DNA from: an uncultured virus (IMG/VR IMGVR_UViG_3300020603_000002)
Lineage: Duplodnaviria; Heunggongvirae; Uroviricota; Caudoviricetes
DNA: 57,085 nucleotides
Reading direction: 5' to 3' (one strand)
IMG/VR virus record: IMGVR_UViG_3300020603_000002
Shown: positions 54,436-57,085 of the stretch, piece by piece
Position numbering within the stretch: position 1 is the first letter of the stretch
How the letters are laid out: every line of letters starts with the position of its first letter
The notes under the pieces: model-generated
What the model was told of the DNA's origin: nothing
The model's input: only the letters and a program-made list of their open reading frames with translations
Database searches by the model: none
Position numbers and translations under genes: made by a program

Positions 54436-57085
54436 ATGCCACAATATAATAGATTAACTGATAGGTCGAGAGTTTCTGCGGTCACACTGAATGACATTAT
54501 ACATGTTGTTGTTACTGGTGATACATCACAGAGTCCTCAGGGATCATCATATTTTGCACCTTTAAGTGATTTACAATCAATATTAAGCGGATCAAGTGGT
54601 ACCAATGGTACTTCAGGAACAAATGGAACTAGCGGTACTAATGGTACCTCAGGAATTAATGGGACTAGTGGTTCTTCAGGAACTTCTGGCTCATCAGGAA
54701 TAAGTGGAACATCGGGTTCTTCAGGAACAAGTGGTGTTTCAGGTACCAATGGATCAAGTGGTTCAAGCGGTACAAGTGGAATTAATGGTACATCAGGATC
54801 TTCAGGTATTGATGGTAGTAGTGGAACTTCAGGTTCAAGTGGAACCAATGGTACTAGTGGTACAAATGGTTTTGACGGAACATCAGGATCATCAGGAACT
54901 AGTGGTTCTTCAGGATTAAGTGGAACAGATGGTACGTCGGGAAGTTCTGGAACAAGCGGAACAGATGGTACTAGCGGTACGAATGGAACAAGCGGAACAG
55001 ATGGTAGTTCAGGAACTAGCGGAACTTCAGGTTCAAGCGGTATTGCTGGGACTAGCGGAACTTCAGGTTCTTCAGGGATAGACGGAACAAGTGGTACTTC
55101 AGGTTCTTCAGGTATTGACGGCACTTCAGGAACATCGGGATCAAGCGGAACAAGTGGTACTAATGGAACTGATGGGTCTAGCGGTACGGATGGAACTAAT
55201 GGGTCAAGTGGAACTTCAGGAACCAACGGTACAGATGGAAGTAGTGGAACATCAGGTTCTAGTGGAACAAATGGTACTAGCGGGTCATCCGGATCTAGCG
55301 GTACATCAGGGTCAAGTGGAACTAATGGTACTAGCGGGTCTTCAGGTACATCAGGAACTAACGGTACTAATGGAACAAGTGGAAGTAGCGGTACGGACGG
55401 AACATCAGGGTCTTCAGGAACTAATGGGACATCAGGTACAAATGGTACATCAGGAACCAATGGAACTTCAGGAACGAACGGTACAAATGGTACATCAGGA
55501 ACCAATGGAACTTCAGGGACAAGTGGAAGTAGCGGTACCGACGGAACATCAGGGTCTAGCGGTACTAGCGGAAGTTCGGGAACAAATGGAACATCAGGGT
55601 CTAGCGGATCAAGTGGTAGTTCAGGTTCTAGCGGTACAGACGGTACTTCAGGTACTTCAGGTTCAAGTGGTATAGACGGTACATCAGGTACATCAGGGAG
55701 CTCAGGCTCAAGCGGAACAAGTGGTTCTTCAGGCTCTAGTGGAACAAATGGTTCTTCAGGAACCTCAGGAACTAGCGGCTCTTCAGGTACAGATGGTACA
55801 AGTGGAACAAGTGGTTCATCAGGGACTAGCGGTTCTTCAGGAACAAGTGGTTCATCAGGAACTAGCGGTTCTTCAGGAACAAGTGGTTCATCAGGTACCT
55901 CAGGTTCTAGTGGAAGTTCAGGTACAGATGGTACATCAGGAACAAGTGGTTCTTCAGGTTCTAGTGGAAGTTCAGGTACAGATGGTACATCAGGAACAAG
56001 TGGTTCATCAGGAACAAGTGGAAGTTCAGGTACAGATGGTTCATCAGGAACAAGCGGTTCATCAGGTACTTCAGGAAGTTCAGGTTCATCAGGTACTTCA
56101 GGAAGTTCAGGTTCATCAGGTACTTCAGGAAGTTCAGGTTCATCAGGTACTTCAGGAAGTTCAGGTTCATCAGGAACAGATGGTACAAGTGGTACAAGCG
56201 GCTCATCAGGAACAAGCGGTTCATCAGGTACATCAGGGAGCTCAGGTTCAAGCGGAACAAGCGGTTCATCAGGTACTTCAGGAAGTTCAGGTTCATCAGG
56301 TACTTCAGGAAGTTCAGGTTCATCAGGAACAGATGGTACTTCAGGTACATCAGGTTCTAGTGGCTCATCGGGTTCCTCTGGAACAAGTGGTTCTTCAGGA
56401 ACCTCAGGTTCTAGCGGCTCATCGGGTACTGATGGCACGTCTGGTACAAGTGGATCATCAGGAACAGATGGTACAAGTGGATCATCAGGAACAGATGGTA
56501 CAAGTGGTACATCAGGAAGTTCAGGTACAAGTGGTTCTTCAGGTTCATCAGGAACTTCAGGAAGTTCAGGCTCCTCAGGTACAAATGGTACTTCAGGGAC
56601 TGATGGGACTAGCGGAACATCAGGTTCTTCAGGAACTAGCGGAAGCTCAGGTTCTTCAGGAACTAGCGGAAGCTCAGGTTCTTCAGGAACTAGCGGAAGC
56701 TCAGGTTCATCAGGCACTTCAGGTAGCTCAGGTTCTTCAGGAACTAGCGGAAGCTCAGGTTCTTCAGGAACTTCAGGAAGTTCAGGTTCTTCAGGTACAA
56801 ATGGTACTTCAGGGACTGATGGGACTAGCGGAACATCAGGTTCTTCAGGAACTAGCGGAAGCTCAGGTTCATCAGGCACTTCAGGTAGCTCAGGTTCTTC
56901 AGGAACTAGCGGAAGCTCAGGTTCTTCAGGAACTTCAGGAAGTTCAGGTTCTTCAGGAACTTCAGGAACTTCAGGTACAAGTGGAACAAATGGAACCAGC
57001 GGAACTAATGGTACTTCAGGGACAAATGGTACTAGCGGTAGTTCAGGGACAAATGGTACATCAGGTACTAATGGAACTAGCGGGA
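54436..57085 (+). CDS. Partial Gly-X-Y (G-S/T-S/N/D) repeat protein, putative fibre/surface protein; runs off the window
   Basis: ATG 54436 follows TATTTATA. A 51-aa unique N-terminus (MPQYNRLTDRSRVSAVTLNDIIHVVVTGD...) precedes an uninterrupted Gly-every-third repeat that reaches the edge. Omitted from the ORF track, which lists its antisense shadow. Confidence 0.85.
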   Translation, partial: MPQYNRLTDRSRVSAVTLNDIIHVVVTGDTSQSPQGSSYFAPLSDLQSILSGSSGTNGTSGTNGTSGTNGTSGINGTSGSSGTSGSSGISGTSGSSGTSGVSGTNGSSGSSGTSGINGTSGSSGIDGSSGTSGSSGTNGTSGTNGFDGTSGSSGTSGSSGLSGTDGTSGSSGTSGTDGTSGTNGTSGTDGSSGTSGTSGSSGIAGTSGTSGSSGIDGTSGTSGSSGIDGTSGTSGSSGTSGTNGTDGSSGTDGTNGSSGTSGTNGTDGSSGTSGSSGTNGTSGSSGSSGTSGSSGTNGTSGSSGTSGTNGTNGTSGSSGTDGTSGSSGTNGTSGTNGTSGTNGTSGTNGTNGTSGTNGTSGTSGSSGTDGTSGSSGTSGSSGTNGTSGSSGSSGSSGSSGTDGTSGTSGSSGIDGTSGTSGSSGSSGTSGSSGSSGTNGSSGTSGTSGSSGTDGTSGTSGSSGTSGSSGTSGSSGTSGSSGTSGSSGTSGSSGSSGTDGTSGTSGSSGSSGSSGTDGTSGTSGSSGTSGSSGTDGSSGTSGSSGTSGSSGSSGTSGSSGSSGTSGSSGSSGTSGSSGSSGTDGTSGTSGSSGTSGSSGTSGSSGSSGTSGSSGTSGSSGSSGTSGSSGSSGTDGTSGTSGSSGSSGSSGTSGSSGTSGSSGSSGTDGTSGTSGSSGTDGTSGSSGTDGTSGTSGSSGTSGSSGSSGTSGSSGSSGTNGTSGTDGTSGTSGSSGTSGSSGSSGTSGSSGSSGTSGSSGSSGTSGSSGSSGTSGSSGSSGTSGSSGSSGTNGTSGTDGTSGTSGSSGTSGSSGSSGTSGSSGSSGTSGSSGSSGTSGSSGSSGTSGTSGTSGTNGTSGTNGTSGTNGTSGSSGTNGTSGTNGTSG
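54589..57085 (+). repeat. 9-nt period coding tandem repeat (GGN-WSN-NNN), about 277 triplets, with higher-order duplications
   Basis: Four perfect 27-nt copies of TCAGGTACTTCAGGAAGTTCAGGTTCA at 56062-56169, and a block at 56578 repeated 216 nt later at 56794. Confidence 0.9.

Noticed and set aside
54704..56350. Other alternative-frame ORFs in the repeat (54704-54919, 55091-55675, 55961-56350)
   Set aside because: By-products of the 9-nt periodicity.
54537..56879. 780-aa minus-strand P-x-x repeat ORF (PEVPLVP...)
   Set aside because: Antisense shadow of the plus-strand Gly-X-Y gene: Pro arises from the complement of NGG. The plus frame has an ATG, the upstream motif and a unique N-terminus.
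54589..57085. Possible CRISPR array or non-coding satellite
   Set aside because: No unique spacers. Variation is concentrated at synonymous codon positions, consistent with a coding repeat.
1..57085. Stop-codon reassignment as seen in some large phages
   Set aside because: Genes are full length under the standard code, and TAA, TAG and TGA all end well-supported genes.
1..57085. tRNA, rRNA or group I intron
   Set aside because: Intergenic gaps are short and AT-rich with no cloverleaf seen. nrdJ, polB and recA are uninterrupted. A tRNAscan/Infernal run would be needed to be certain.

Overview
AT-rich fragment of a large T4-like (contractile-tailed) dsDNA phage genome read with the standard genetic code. 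From 1 to 38540 almost all genes are on the minus strand and form a neck/tail/baseplate module: gp14-like and gp15-like proteins, tail sheath, tail tube, tail assembly chaperone, tape measure, large hub/baseplate proteins, and gp25-like and gp6-like wedge proteins. A replication block (SSB, RecA/UvsX, 5'-3' exonuclease, DnaB-like helicase, class II RNR) interrupts that module and has its own sigma70-type promoter and terminator. The right part holds an intein-containing SNF2 helicase, a tripartite peptidase-like/SOD/nuclease-like fusion, a gp13-like neck protein, family B DNA polymerase, two paralogous Pro/Thr-linker proteins, three glycosyltransferases, and the start of a very long Gly-Ser/Thr repeat protein that the ORF track missed. 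Main observations: (1) a candidate phage-encoded mucin-type protein O-glycosylation system, with GT60, GT-A and HtrL-like transferases flanked by Ser/Thr-rich putative virion substrates; (2) a probable +1 (or -2) programmed frameshift at TTT-TTT-CGG in the tail chaperone; (3) an Ala-starting class 3-like intein with Phe in place of the signature Trp; (4) a recurring TATTTAT(A) upstream motif that may be a late promoter; (5) a SOD polyprotein with T4 gp21-like cleavage motifs; (6) an unannotated ribbon-helix-helix gene. All family assignments come from motif recognition and gene order by eye; no searches were run.
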